This document shows, piece by piece, positions 19,349 through 29,699 of a stretch of 64,000 bases of DNA. The stretch's first letter is position 1; each line of letters opens with the position of its first letter. The position numbers and the translations under genes were made by a program. Below the pieces are notes generated by a model. The model saw nothing but the letters and a program-made list of their open reading frames with translations. It did no database searches and had not been told where the DNA came from. This DNA comes from a virus, in the IMG/VR virus record IMGVR_UViG_3300037420_001954, positions 9,836 through 73,835 of that record; one strand, 5' to 3'.

Positions 19349-20098
19349 TTATTGAGTGGTGTCGACGTCAATTTGGACAACGTCAGACACGGTCGTATCA
19401 GTGAAGGGGTCCGCAACATCGATATTGACGTCGGCCGCTTCCATGATTTCGAATTCGTTTACGACAAGATCGCTCTCTTCGGTAATCTCTAGTTTGAGGA
19501 CCACCGAAGGAAAAAAGAGTTTCTCAGTCGGGGCATATCCGCCGTACTCAACGGACTTCACCTCGATCTTCGTAATGCCGGTGAGCCCCCAAACAGGATA
19601 CCCGCGCACCGCGCCCGTAGGCGTGTACGACGGTTCCATGCCGAGTTCCGTGCGATTGTCGAGCAGCATCGCGACCGCCCGTAGAATGGGCAATAGGCGC
19701 TCGGCCTCACCTGGGCCGAGTGGAGGCAACACGTAAGCAACCTCGACCTCGCCAATCGAATTCTTGTGCTGCCCAATGTTTTCGAACTTCGACTCCTTGC
19801 GGTATGCACAAAGAAGAGGGAATCTAAAATGTGTATCGACGAGAAAGTCTTCTGGATTCACCGGCGCTGTGTCGGCTACGGCGCTCGTGATGACATCATC
19901 TGCGCCAACCGAAGCGACTTCAGACAACAGCCTTGAGCCGATGTGGTGTTTGATACACGCCGCGTAAAACTCAAGGAGATAGAAGAGCGCCGGATCCGCG
20001 TCCTGAAGTAGGGTCGCGCCAGCACCCCCGATGCCGCTGCCTTGAGCGGGAAGCGGGAATTCTACAGCGCCATATTTCGCGCCTTGATAGTCGGTCAT
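19349..20098 (-). CDS. Putative tail completion/neck protein
   Basis: 249 aa, between the HK97 gp10-like gene and the sheath. Confidence 0.55.
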   Translation of the reverse strand: MTDYQGAKYGAVEFPLPAQGSGIGGAGATLLQDADPALFYLLEFYAACIKHHIGSRLLSEVASVGADDVITSAVADTAPVNPEDFLVDTHFRFPLLCAYRKESKFENIGQHKNSIGEVEVAYVLPPLGPGEAERLLPILRAVAMLLDNRTELGMEPSYTPTGAVRGYPVWGLTGITKIEVKSVEYGGYAPTEKLFFPSVVLKLEITEESDLVVNEFEIMEAADVNIDVADPFTDTTVSDVVQIDVDTTQ

Positions 20099-20104
20099 AC
20101 GTTG

Positions 20105-20545
20105 TCACGTGAACATGTTGCTCACGGCCTCTTGGCACATCACGATGAACGCCGGCTCTGCGAACTTGCCCGCCTCGTCCATGAATGGGCGTGGCTGGGT
20201 CGTGCGGACCTTCTTTGCGAAAATCGTCCGATTGCCTACTTTGAAAATGAGGAAGGGAGAGCGCTTTGGGTAGATGTATCTTGCGTTGCCACGGAACCCG
20301 TTACCTCGCTCGACCCACTCTGCATGTCGCGACGTCGCAACCGCTTGAGCGTGTGAGTTATTGATGTACTTCGGCTTGATGCTGCGCCGAAGATCGCCAG
20401 TGTTGTCTTTGAACAACGTCGTCTTGCGTGCATGATCCGCCGCGAGCTTCGCGGCACGCCGAACAGCGGCGTAGACGGCCTTCGAAAGCTTCTTGCGCGC
20501 CTCTCTCATAGACTTGAGAAAAGCGTCGGCGTTGATGCGAATCAC
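20105..20545 (-). CDS. HK97 gp10-like neck protein
   Basis: Start re-called at GTG 20545. DNTGDLRRSI, HAEWVERG and TQPRPFM motifs. Confidence 0.8.
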   Translation of the reverse strand: MIRINADAFLKSMREARKKLSKAVYAAVRRAAKLAADHARKTTLFKDNTGDLRRSIKPKYINNSHAQAVATSRHAEWVERGNGFRGNARYIYPKRSPFLIFKVGNRTIFAKKVRTTQPRPFMDEAGKFAEPAFIVMCQEAVSNMFT

Positions 20546-21015
20546 GTCGTCACACCGGCTCGACGTCCAATCGCTCGGACACGAACCATGAGTCTCAGCG
20601 ATCGATCGACATGGTCGGCGACCCGCTCGCAAAGGAGGCCGTCGTCGGGCATGCCAGCGCCTTTGATGACGAAGTGCACCTCTGTCGACTCCACGCCGGT
20701 TCGCGGCGGATTGATGAGGTCTTCGGAGACGCCACCACCTGCATACTCTGGAGTAAGCGGCCCGATGTCGTACTCAGCGTCGACTAGCTCTTTGGTGCCA
20801 GCCGCCACGTCCTTGCGATGTACTTCGCGAACCTTAGGGTCCTGGCCATTGCCTACGAGCAGCCGAGTATCCGTAACGGTTTTGGACCCTCGCCCAGGAC
20901 GATCTCCTGTCCAGCCCGAGACTCGGACCCAGACCTGATACGGTCTAAATCCGAGCTCGCCGGGCAGGCCACGTAGTTCGTCGATGAGCGGGAGCAGATC
21001 GTCCCGCAGCGCCAT
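20542..21015 (-). CDS. Putative head-closure/neck protein
   Basis: Start re-called at ATG 21015 (TAATG overlap); MALRDDLLPLIDELRG... Confidence 0.6.
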   Translation of the reverse strand: MALRDDLLPLIDELRGLPGELGFRPYQVWVRVSGWTGDRPGRGSKTVTDTRLLVGNGQDPKVREVHRKDVAAGTKELVDAEYDIGPLTPEYAGGGVSEDLINPPRTGVESTEVHFVIKGAGMPDDGLLCERVADHVDRSLRLMVRVRAIGRRAGVTT

Positions 21016-21638
21016 TAGTACACCGAGATGGAGGACCCGCCGCCGGAGCTCTCTCCGTTCAAGCGAGTAACCCCGAGTGCTGACGCCAGCTCGTCGCGCC
21101 AGTGCTCGAGGAGGGACATCACCTGAGTGAGCGCGTCGATACCCTGCGAGGCCAGCGTCGCTCCGCCGCCGAAGAATTCGATGTCTTCGGCCTTCTTGAT
21201 GCCGACACGCGAGCGGATCGATGCAATCGTCGTTTTGACGTCCGCGATCTTCTGCAAGATGTCGCGGACGATCGTGACGCCGGATTCGACAGCAACGGGG
21301 TATGTGCCCGAGTGCTCTTTCGAGAGTAGGCACGTGATGTCGTTTCCAGACTTGCTTTGGACCGTTGCTCGCTCTTGGCGAGTGTCGATATCGACGATGA
21401 CCGTATCGCCGGCAGCCACGCCGGATGCGTCGCCCAGAGTGAGCGTGCGCGGCGTGGGCGTAGTCGATGCTGCAACGGGCGTGGCGCAGGTGGTGGAGTC
21501 TGCCTCGTCGATGTAGGGCTGAATTACCTGTTCGAACATAAACAGGTAGCCGCCGACGTACTGCTGCGAGGCCGTCGCGAGTACATTGAATCCGAGTTCG
21601 CTTTTGATGCGAGTGACCTCGGAATTAGTGAGGCCCAT
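21015..21638 (-). CDS. Putative head-tail adaptor
   Basis: MGLTNSEVTRIKSELGF N-terminus; position after the capsid genes. Confidence 0.6.
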   Translation of the reverse strand: MGLTNSEVTRIKSELGFNVLATASQQYVGGYLFMFEQVIQPYIDEADSTTCATPVAASTTPTPRTLTLGDASGVAAGDTVIVDIDTRQERATVQSKSGNDITCLLSKEHSGTYPVAVESGVTIVRDILQKIADVKTTIASIRSRVGIKKAEDIEFFGGGATLASQGIDALTQVMSLLEHWRDELASALGVTRLNGESSGGGSSISVY

Positions 21639-21653
21639 CGGACTTCAGCTCAC

Positions 21654-22076
21654 TCAGTACGTGTTACGGAAGCAGTACGAAAGCTTGGTGTACGTGTCCG
21701 CCGTAGCGCCGGTCGTGCCGCCAGTGACGAGCACGTAGCGAGCCTTTCGCCAACCGTAAACCGCTTCCGGCGCGGGAATGGCGCGCGTAACGGCCGAGTC
21801 CGCACCAGCGGTGCCCGTAGCGAGCACGACCGCGGCGGCGTTCTGAGGGCCGTTCGTCATCTGGACCCAGGTAGTGCCGTCGTTCGAGCACTCCCAGCGA
21901 CCAGACCACGTGAAGGTGCTGGTCTCAGCGAGAACGGTCACGAGCGCGGAAAGGCCGTAGACCTTCTGCTGCTGGCCGTTGTTGATGTCGAGCGTGTTGC
22001 CGTTGATGGCGCTGCCCGTGGCAAGGCCGTTTGCGTTACCCGCAGCGAGCGGAGAGAAATCGTAGCGAAGAGACAT
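21654..22076 (-). CDS. Hypothetical virion protein
   Basis: Start re-called at ATG 22076; 140 aa, Gly/Ala/Thr-rich. Confidence 0.6.
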   Translation of the reverse strand: MSLRYDFSPLAAGNANGLATGSAINGNTLDINNGQQQKVYGLSALVTVLAETSTFTWSGRWECSNDGTTWVQMTNGPQNAAAVVLATGTAGADSAVTRAIPAPEAVYGWRKARYVLVTGGTTGATADTYTKLSYCFRNTY

Positions 22077-22195
22077 TTTGAAGCTCAGACCTTTTCTTGG
22101 GACTTCCAAGTTCGTTATTCGCTACTCGCTAAACGAATTAGCGAATAACGAAGACAAGGACGAGGGCGCGGCAAACGCCGTGCCCTCTAATGAAC

Positions 22196-23278
22196 TCAGG
22201 CCGAGGACCGGACCGAGTAGACCATTCGCTGATCGGCAACACCGAACGCGAGGTCGGCAAGCCAGATCGCCATCGCGGTCTCGCCGTAGTTGTTCTGGTT
22301 CGAGAGGCGCACCGACGGCGGCCGGCCCGAGCCAAGCATGTACGCACCGGGGCCGAAGGCCTGGCCGTAGTGGATCGGGACGCTCGAGGAGTTGTTCGTC
22401 ACCGTGAGCGAAACGCTCTCGAAAACGTGGAAGCCCGCGATCTCCGCGATGTACGTGCTCGAGTACAGGATGTTGAACTCGGGGTGGTACTTCGAGTTCG
22501 CCTGGTAAAGCGGATCGAGCTTGAGCTGCATCACCTGCGTCGGCGTGAGCACGCAAACGCGCTTGCCGTCCGCAAACTTCGGGATGCTCGCTTCGTTCAT
22601 CGTCTTCTCGAGACGAAGCATCTGTTCGACCGTGGCCGGGAACATGCCCGTCGACGTGGCGTCGTTCACGGCGGTCATGCTGTCGGGATAGATCGCCGTA
22701 CCGACCGAGCCGAGGCCCACGCCGACGTTGTCGAGCCACTTGTGGAAGTCGTAGGTAAGCTGCGCGCCGCCCTGCGAGTTGAGGTCGAACGCGCCCATGT
22801 TCGCGTCAAACGCCTCGATGCCGATCGGGTTGATCGCACCGCCAGAGCGCGGACCGCCGTAACGCTTGAGCGTCAGGTGGGTCTGCTCGCCACCGAACGA
22901 GGTCGGCGTGGTCCCAATGACCTGGCGCGGAGTCAGCTCACGACTATCGAGCGTATAGCTGTCCGAAGAGATCCACGCGGGGCGGTTGATCTTGACCGTG
23001 TCGCCAGACTTCTTCGAGAAGTCGACACCGAGCGCGAAGATCCCGCCAGGGAGATCGGTCGCGAGCTTGAGCATATCCTTGTCGTAGTTGGGATATGCAG
23101 CGCCGGTCTTCGGGATCTCGAAACCAGGCAAACCGAAGTTGGCCGGGATCGGAAGAGACGTCGCAAGCGCATTCAGCATCAGCCTCGTAAAGAGGAATTG
23201 CTGCTGCGGCTGACGCAGGAGCGTCGCGGACTGGAAAGGGGAATAATTCTCGGGGACGTTGTTCTGACCGGTGGTCAT
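22196..23278 (-). CDS. Major capsid protein
   Basis: 360 aa after the scaffold; GDTVKINRP and IAEIAGFHVFES resemble HK97-fold coat motifs. Confidence 0.8.
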   Translation of the reverse strand: MTTGQNNVPENYSPFQSATLLRQPQQQFLFTRLMLNALATSLPIPANFGLPGFEIPKTGAAYPNYDKDMLKLATDLPGGIFALGVDFSKKSGDTVKINRPAWISSDSYTLDSRELTPRQVIGTTPTSFGGEQTHLTLKRYGGPRSGGAINPIGIEAFDANMGAFDLNSQGGAQLTYDFHKWLDNVGVGLGSVGTAIYPDSMTAVNDATSTGMFPATVEQMLRLEKTMNEASIPKFADGKRVCVLTPTQVMQLKLDPLYQANSKYHPEFNILYSSTYIAEIAGFHVFESVSLTVTNNSSSVPIHYGQAFGPGAYMLGSGRPPSVRLSNQNNYGETAMAIWLADLAFGVADQRMVYSVRSSA

Positions 23279-23337
23279 AAGCGAATACCTACGAGCGGCC
23301 AGAAGACCGCAAAGGAGCCGGCACTAAACCGACTAGT

Positions 23338-24000
23338 TCAAGCGCGCTTGATAAGGCCTTGGCGCTCCGCGTACTGCGTTGCCGCGTACGGGTTCACCTT
23401 CATCATCTCGACGAAAATGGCCTGCGGGTCCGGTGCGCTCCCGGTATTCCCTTGTTCTCTTGGTGCGCCCTGCGCGGGCAACGTGTTTTGGACCGCGGGC
23501 GCGGCCGGGGTCGTCGGCGTCACGATGGCGGCCGGCACGAGCTTCTTGACGGTATTGGCCGCCTTGATTTGCTTGGCCGGGTCGTCTCCTGCGAGATCGA
23601 GGACGGCATTGCGCTGTTCCTCAGTCAGGCCTTCGAGCGTCGCCTTCGCGACTTCCGCCATCGTGCTGAACAACTCAGCATTCTTCGCCTGCGCGGCCTC
23701 GAGCGCGGACTTCGCACTTGCGGCCTTTTCTGCATCCGTCTTCTGGGCTTCCGCCGCGGCCTTGGCCGTTTCGATTGCCTGTTTGACGGCTTCCAGCGAA
23801 TCCACACCAAGGTCCTTCATCCAAGCAGTGCGCTCTCGCTCGAGGCGCGCGTTGAATGCCGACTTCGGCATCGAAATGCTGTCGTCGTCTCCCGCCTTGC
23901 TCTTGTTCGGAGCGGGCACGGGCTGGTTGGTGGACGGATCGATGGTGATGGTGGACTCGGACACGACAGTGCCCGCGCCACCGTTTTCGGCAGTGCTCAT
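23338..24000 (-). CDS. Capsid scaffolding protein
   Basis: AFNARLERER...LGVDSLEAVK coiled-coil pattern; precedes the capsid gene. Confidence 0.8.
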   Translation of the reverse strand: MSTAENGGAGTVVSESTITIDPSTNQPVPAPNKSKAGDDDSISMPKSAFNARLERERTAWMKDLGVDSLEAVKQAIETAKAAAEAQKTDAEKAASAKSALEAAQAKNAELFSTMAEVAKATLEGLTEEQRNAVLDLAGDDPAKQIKAANTVKKLVPAAIVTPTTPAAPAVQNTLPAQGAPREQGNTGSAPDPQAIFVEMMKVNPYAATQYAERQGLIKRA

Positions 24001-24106
24001 GTATTGGTCTTTCCTCGCCCGTTACCGTCGGCGTCACGTAAGTTGGAAGGACCGCGAGCGCGGCCTTTCGGTCTGGTCTCTAGTTTGGAAACTAGATGCC
24101 AGTCAG

Positions 24107-24179
24107 TTGCGTGAGGCCAGAATCGAACTGGCTGTCTCTTGGTTATGAGCCAAGCGGGTTTCCGGTACCCTACTCCGCA
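24107..24179 (-). tRNA. tRNA-Met(CAT), initiator-like, acceptor stem with one bulged base
   Basis: Anticodon arm CTTGG-CTCATAA-CCAAG; T arm GCCAG-TTCGATT-CTGGC; acceptor TGCGGAG/CTC(A)CGCA; no encoded CCA. Confidence 0.65.
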
Positions 24180-24212
24180 ATAGGCCCGTGATTAGAGTCG
24201 CGGCCGACTTTG

Positions 24213-24285
24213 CTGCCCAACCAGGGTTCGAACCTGGATAATCCTGATTAACAGTCAGGCGCTCTACCGATTGAGCTATCGAGCA
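24213..24285 (-). tRNA. tRNA-Asn(GTT)
   Basis: Full cloverleaf: GCTC/GAGC D arm, CCTGA-CTGTTAA-TCAGG, CCAGG-TTCGAAC-CCTGG, G73. Confidence 0.9.
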
Positions 24286-24360
24286 ATACGTACGCGTGCC
24301 GCCGGTCGTCATCCGTGCACTTTCACGCGTAAGGGCCGGGCCAACAGGCCCGGCGCTAAT

Positions 24361-24732
24361 TCAGCTTTCGTCGACCGTGACCATGAAGCGAACGCCCTTC
24401 GACGCCGTCGCGCTCGTGAGCTCGGTGCCATCCGCGCCCGAGAGGTTGAACGTCAGGTCGTCCGTCGAAACCGTGCACGCGCCGGTGTAAACGGCCTGCT
24501 TGTTCGTGTCGAAGCCCGGGCCGACACAGATCGCGCCGCGAAGCGTGTGCGTCTTGCCGTTGCGGTTCTTCGCCTTGATCGCCGCGCCGACGCCCGCGAG
24601 GGTCGCCGAGTCGCTCGCGCCGGTGTACGCGCCGAAGTCCGCGCAAACCTCGTAGGTCTTGCGCGGCGCGCTGCCGAGGCCCGCCGAATATTGAACGTTG
24701 ACGCCCGTGATCGTGCCAGAGATAGTTGCCAT
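24361..24732 (-). CDS. Hypothetical head-region protein
   Basis: 123 aa, Ala/Thr/Gly-rich. Confidence 0.65.
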   Translation of the reverse strand: MATISGTITGVNVQYSAGLGSAPRKTYEVCADFGAYTGASDSATLAGVGAAIKAKNRNGKTHTLRGAICVGPGFDTNKQAVYTGACTVSTDDLTFNLSGADGTELTSATASKGVRFMVTVDES

Positions 24733-24817
24733 TAAATGAAGCCTGTCCCGGCACGCAGCCGGCGTAAGTTATTGAGGTCGCGCCGGCTCCGCCGGCTCTG
24801 GGGGTGGGTTACGTGGG

Positions 24818-25120
24818 TTACGAATCGAGCGCGTCAGCCGCGGCAAGTAGTCGTTCGAGCTTGTCGTGCTCGACCTGCAACTTGCTCATCTCTTCGAGCT
24901 CGAGTTTCAATTCGGCGAGTCGTTCACGTGCGCGCACGAGAATGTCGTCGACCGATAGTTTTTGCGCCGGCTGCTTGGTTTTGGCCAGCTTGGCCGCGGG
25001 CACGGCGGCTGGGGGCTCGTCCGCAATGGATTGCGGCGTGACCGCCCCGGTCATGAACGTGAGCTCGTTCTCGCCGCCGCCAGGGTCGAACTGAAACGGG
25101 CCGGTCGGCGGTATCGTCAC
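24818..25120 (-). CDS. Hypothetical coiled-coil protein
   Basis: 100 aa, coupled to the upstream gene. Confidence 0.6.
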   Translation of the reverse strand: MTIPPTGPFQFDPGGGENELTFMTGAVTPQSIADEPPAAVPAAKLAKTKQPAQKLSVDDILVRARERLAELKLELEEMSKLQVEHDKLERLLAAADALDS

Positions 25121-25302
25121 TTACGACCCTTCGACTTCGGGGCCTGGGACGCCGCGGGCGCGGCCGGCGCGGGCGTGGGCTCGTGCGCCGACCACGAGGC
25201 CTCGCCATCATTCGGGCACGTCTCCGTGGCCTCGGGCGCGACGCCACCGCAAAGATCACACGACTTGTAGTTGGTCGGTTCGTTGGTTTCGGATTCGTTC
25301 AT
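25117..25302 (-). CDS. Small CxxC-containing protein
   Basis: CDLCGG...CPNDG, 61 aa, directly after the portal. Confidence 0.6.
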   Translation of the reverse strand: MNESETNEPTNYKSCDLCGGVAPEATETCPNDGEASWSAHEPTPAPAAPAASQAPKSKGRK

Positions 25303-25307
25303 GTGCT

Positions 25308-26948
25308 TTACGCCGCGAGCGCGGGTTTCGGTGGGGGTTTAGCGGCGGCCGTGGCCTTTGCCTCGGCTTCGATCTTGGCCAAATCCTTGGCGTCGTTCTC
25401 TTTGGTCTCGGCCTCGAGTTCCGCCATGTACGAATCGACGTCCTTGATGCCGAGAATGCCCTTCAGCTTCTCGATAGCCGCCTTCTTCGTGAGCAGCACA
25501 CCGACCGCGGGCAACGTGGCCTGCATGAGGGCGAGCTCCTCGTCGCCAGACATCTTGAAGTACTCGCCCCACGACGCATGAAGCGGCGGGGAGATCCAAG
25601 ACCAGGTCGATTTGCTCGCCCGCGCCTTCACGACGTCGAGGCCTTCTATATCGAGATTTGCCTTGATAGCGATTCGAAGCAACATCCCGATCGCAGGGAT
25701 GAGGTAGTGGTCGGAGAAATCGTCGCGATACGAGTTCACGCGCGCGAGCTGCGGCCGAACGAGGTCGTTCAAGGCCTTGCCGCTGAGTCGGGACTCGTTG
25801 GGGAGGCTCGACGCGTCGATGAAGACGACGCCGAGAGCCTCGGCGAGCTTGCCCTTCATGTCGCGGGCGCGGTCTTCGATGACCTTCAGCGCATCTCCAG
25901 GGAGCGAGAGGTAGTCGACCTTGACCTTCGACGCGTCTTGCACGTCGTACTGCCAAGTAACGCCAGGGCTCTTCTTGCGTGCGGGGTCGGACGAGCCGTA
26001 GCTCGCGCCCACGAACAAGCCGCCGCCCGCGGCCTCGTACTGGTCGAGAAGACCTGGGAAGAAGCCCTTGCGGCCCTTGCCGCCAGCTGGGTCGTAACCC
26101 TTCTTGACGCCGATCTCGATGATCTGCGGGTCGCCGCAGTACATCGCGGCGCGATAGCCCTGGCTCAGAAGGAAGTCGTGCGCGCGGATCTCGTCGAGCT
26201 GATGCTCGTGGAGCGCGTGACCGTCATAGTCGTTGACGATCGAGCACGAGCGCATGTGCGCGTACCAGATGACCGGACAGAATCCGAACGCGTGCGTCGT
26301 CTCGAGGTCGACTACCCAGTTGATGGGCTTGTCTGCGTCGTGCTCTTCGACCTGCGCGGGGTGGTAGATCGTGTCGAAGGTCTCGTCGATCGTGCGACGA
26401 TAGAGCTTGCAGACGACCTTCTTATTGCCGTCGCCATCGCTGATGATGTCGAGGTACGGGTACTTGATCTCGAGGAACTTGATCGACCCGTCGAGATTGA
26501 ACGTCGGCGTGCACCAGCGTGCATAGACCGACTGGATCGTGAGGCGACCGTTTTGCAGGCCGTAGATCGAGCACGCGGACTTGGCGGCCTGCGCCGAGGT
26601 AAAGACCTCGCGAGCCACGGGCTTGAGCCTTGCGTTGTCGATGACGCGCGCAACGGCTTTTTCGAAGTTGTCGGCCTCTTCGCCGTCGGCACCAGCGACC
26701 GTGAACGACGGGAATCGACCTTCGCCTAGGAGCAAGTCCGCGTTCGAGTCGATTGCCATCTTCGCGATGGGGTAAACCACGCACGGCGCGCGCTCCCAGA
26801 GCGGCTTCTTGTCAGAGAAGAAGTTGTCGAGGTGGTCGTACTGCGTCCCGGCTACGAACTGCTCCAACATCTGAAGCGCTTCGGCACGAGGCGTGAGATG
26901 CGCCTTGAGCGCCTTGAGCGCTTCTGGGTAGTTGGGGAGGTCCTTCAT
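25308..26948 (-). CDS. Portal protein
   Basis: Start re-called at ATG 26948 (546 aa); follows TerL; HAFGFCPVIWY and LSGKAL motifs of SPP1-like portals. Confidence 0.85.
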   Translation of the reverse strand: MKDLPNYPEALKALKAHLTPRAEALQMLEQFVAGTQYDHLDNFFSDKKPLWERAPCVVYPIAKMAIDSNADLLLGEGRFPSFTVAGADGEEADNFEKAVARVIDNARLKPVAREVFTSAQAAKSACSIYGLQNGRLTIQSVYARWCTPTFNLDGSIKFLEIKYPYLDIISDGDGNKKVVCKLYRRTIDETFDTIYHPAQVEEHDADKPINWVVDLETTHAFGFCPVIWYAHMRSCSIVNDYDGHALHEHQLDEIRAHDFLLSQGYRAAMYCGDPQIIEIGVKKGYDPAGGKGRKGFFPGLLDQYEAAGGGLFVGASYGSSDPARKKSPGVTWQYDVQDASKVKVDYLSLPGDALKVIEDRARDMKGKLAEALGVVFIDASSLPNESRLSGKALNDLVRPQLARVNSYRDDFSDHYLIPAIGMLLRIAIKANLDIEGLDVVKARASKSTWSWISPPLHASWGEYFKMSGDEELALMQATLPAVGVLLTKKAAIEKLKGILGIKDVDSYMAELEAETKENDAKDLAKIEAEAKATAAAKPPPKPALAA

Positions 26949-27154
26949 CGGGGTCGGATCGCGGGCACGGCCTTGGGCCGGTCGAAGAGCTCCACATCGC
27001 GACGTCGGCGCCGACGTCCGCGTTGGCCGATTTCGAATCGGGCAACAGGCCAAGTGGGTGACCTCGCGGGCTATCCCTCAAACCGTCAGTAATAGCCGGT
27101 CGAATAGGTGCTCACCGCGGGCGGCCGGCATGTAGCGCGGGCCGCGTCGTTTCG

Positions 27155-29005
27155 TTACGCCGCTCGGGCGTAATAGTTGTCGTGTTCGTTGTCGTGGAGT
27201 TCCACGCGTTCAGCGGCCGTCAGTGTTGGCGACATATCGAGATATCCGCCAAGGTCGGCGCGCATGGCAATCAGCAGCGCGAGTGCGTGGTCTCCGTGAC
27301 CTACGCCGCCAGCGACTTGATACGTGATGCCGCCATTCGGAGTGAGCTTCGACGTGAATCGGAGCAACTCCGTGCGCAAACGTTCGGCCTCGTTTGGCGA
27401 GCCGTCTTTGTTCTTGGGCATCGCCGGTAGTTCGATGCGGCCCTCGACGAAGAGCGTTCGCAGGTGATCGACCGAAGGTGTTTTCGAGTTCGAGCCCGCC
27501 GAGCCGCCCCATTTGTGCGGGATGGGTCGTAGGCCAATCTCTTGAAGCAGCGTCGAGAGTGAAAACTCTTCGTAGCCGTCCCAGTGAAAATCCTCTGCCT
27601 GATAGCGTCGCGCGAGTGCGCTTACTCCACGAACAAGATCGAGCCCTCGAACGCCGTCTTTAGACGACCAGGACTTGATCTCGAATACCTTGAAGTAGGG
27701 TTTGTTTGCTGGGGGCTTATCCTTTTTAGGGATCGGCGCGCCGTTCTCGTCTTCAAGCACGCGAACCCAGCCACCGCCATTGCGCGCAGGGATGATGTAG
27801 CCTGCCTTGTACGAGGAGTCGGGGCCAACGGCCTCGGTCTCGTAGAGGTCCTCTACGTGGACAACTTTCGAGGGGATGACCCACGCGCCCACCATGCACG
27901 CCCAAAAGTCACGGCGTAGTGCAGAGGGGTCTGCAAAGATCGCGGGTCTACCGACGACACAATCGTTGAAATCGCCTGAACGAGCAAAGGCAGCATCGAT
28001 GTCACTTGGAGAGAAAACAACTTCTGCGCCATCGACGAATTGCGCGAGGTAGTCGGTCTGGTACGTGCGATAAGCGGTCCGTCTCGTGTACTCTACGAGT
28101 TTCGACGTCCACTGAATGCCAGGCAGGTCTAGAAACGACTCCGCGCTAGTGCGCAGAACCAGGAGGTCTACGCTCCCCGATTCCGGTTCGATCGATGGTT
28201 TGCCGAAATACTTCTCTACGAGGTCGAAGGCGTGCCCAGTCGGCTGCCACGGCGAGCCCGTGTAGATGCCCACGGCTTTTGGCACCACGCGTGCGACAAC
28301 TGCGTCGCGGAAGTGCTCGACGTTCTTGACGGCACCGCCTTCACCGCTGGCCATGCGCGGGTACTCGTCGACGACGAACCCTGCACAATATACCGAGATG
28401 GCACTGCCGCCGCCCTTATCGAGTGGGATGCACTTGACCTCGATAATGCGGCCGTCGTGCGGTCTGCGGATCTTGAGACCTCGCGAGAACGCGGTATCTA
28501 CCGTGATATCCTCAGGCGGATCGACGAGAAATGGTCGGAGGAGAGGCTTCGTCGTCAGCGGCGTGACGAGGTGCTTGAGGACGGCCTTGCAACCCTCCAT
28601 CTTCAACGCAACGATGAAGATGTTGACGATATCGGAGTCCCTCGTGTGAGAGATGTCCGCCGTCTGGGACATGAAAAACAGCGAGCACGCGCCCCAAAGG
28701 GACTTGCCGATGCGGGTGGCGCTGACGTCGAGAAGCTCTCGCGGGGGCGATGTAAGATCGGGCGCGGGGATGCCGCCGCACATCTTCACCACGTCGGGGT
28801 GGTTCTTGAGATCGCCAACGGGCCGACCCTCAAGGATTCGGCACTTCGCGCGCTGAACCGGCGTGGCCTTGGTCACGCCCCAGAACGCCTCGTTCGTGAA
28901 GAGCGTCTCGAGCGTTAGCGGGAACTTCGTACCCTCGACGCGCGGGTCGGGCTTATTCGGTTTAGGCGCCGGTCGCTGGCTTTTGGCAATTACGGTCGAC
29001 GGCAC
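27155..29005 (-). CDS. terL: Terminase large subunit
   Basis: ATRIGKS (Walker A variant), FVVDE (Walker B), TGSPW, YLAQF, C-terminal GHGDHALAL nuclease motif. Confidence 0.88.
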   Translation of the reverse strand: MPSTVIAKSQRPAPKPNKPDPRVEGTKFPLTLETLFTNEAFWGVTKATPVQRAKCRILEGRPVGDLKNHPDVVKMCGGIPAPDLTSPPRELLDVSATRIGKSLWGACSLFFMSQTADISHTRDSDIVNIFIVALKMEGCKAVLKHLVTPLTTKPLLRPFLVDPPEDITVDTAFSRGLKIRRPHDGRIIEVKCIPLDKGGGSAISVYCAGFVVDEYPRMASGEGGAVKNVEHFRDAVVARVVPKAVGIYTGSPWQPTGHAFDLVEKYFGKPSIEPESGSVDLLVLRTSAESFLDLPGIQWTSKLVEYTRRTAYRTYQTDYLAQFVDGAEVVFSPSDIDAAFARSGDFNDCVVGRPAIFADPSALRRDFWACMVGAWVIPSKVVHVEDLYETEAVGPDSSYKAGYIIPARNGGGWVRVLEDENGAPIPKKDKPPANKPYFKVFEIKSWSSKDGVRGLDLVRGVSALARRYQAEDFHWDGYEEFSLSTLLQEIGLRPIPHKWGGSAGSNSKTPSVDHLRTLFVEGRIELPAMPKNKDGSPNEAERLRTELLRFTSKLTPNGGITYQVAGGVGHGDHALALLIAMRADLGGYLDMSPTLTAAERVELHDNEHDNYYARAA

Positions 29006-29039
29006 TGGCTAATTTGCTAAGTGACGCCCCGATTGTCGA

Positions 29040-29699
29040 CTAGTCTTCGGCGACGGGCTCGGCTACGACGTCAATGATTTGCTGCTGGGCGATCTTCGCG
29101 ATGATGGCGTAGGGGTCGACCGGCGGGGCGTTCGTTTGCGCACCAAGTTTGTTCGCGAGCTCGTACGCGGTCAGGCAGGCTTGCCGAAAGCGATCATCGA
29201 ACTTCGAGGCCGTGATGCCGTATTCGATCTTTTTCTTGATGTCGGTCGCTTCCGCCGCCTGGGCATGGAAGAACCGACTGAGCGAGAGCAGGTGCGCGGC
29301 CGAGCCGAGGATTGCGGAGGGCACGGGACCCATCACGCCACCGCACGCGGCTGCGAACTCGTCGCGACCGAACTTCAGCCACTCGTCGCAGGCCTTCCAG
29401 TACGCGTGGTACTCGTGGTCGTCGGCGAGCTTGACCATGCCGACGCCCGCGAGCGCCGCGCGCTTGGCCGCTTTCGCCAGGCCGCCTTTCGCGCCGAGCG
29501 CCTTGGCCGTGGCCTTGTCCGCGACGGTGCCGTCGGGGCGTCTTGCAAGCGGTGCCGGCAGGGCCGCCGGGTTGACCGGTAGGGCGTCAGGCTGCTCGTC
29601 AGGCGGCAGGGTCTCGACGCAGAGCAAGTTGTTCGACCTTGCGCCGTGCGAGGTTCGGAGTCCCATGGGTCTGTGCGTGTGGGTCAAAAAGCCCGTCAA
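29040..29699 (-). CDS. Candidate terminase small subunit
   Basis: Positional call only (directly upstream of terL); helical; start uncertain. Confidence 0.45.
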   Translation of the reverse strand: MTGFLTHTHRPMGLRTSHGARSNNLLCVETLPPDEQPDALPVNPAALPAPLARRPDGTVADKATAKALGAKGGLAKAAKRAALAGVGMVKLADDHEYHAYWKACDEWLKFGRDEFAAACGGVMGPVPSAILGSAAHLLSLSRFFHAQAAEATDIKKKIEYGITASKFDDRFRQACLTAYELANKLGAQTNAPPVDPYAIIAKIAQQQIIDVVAEPVAED

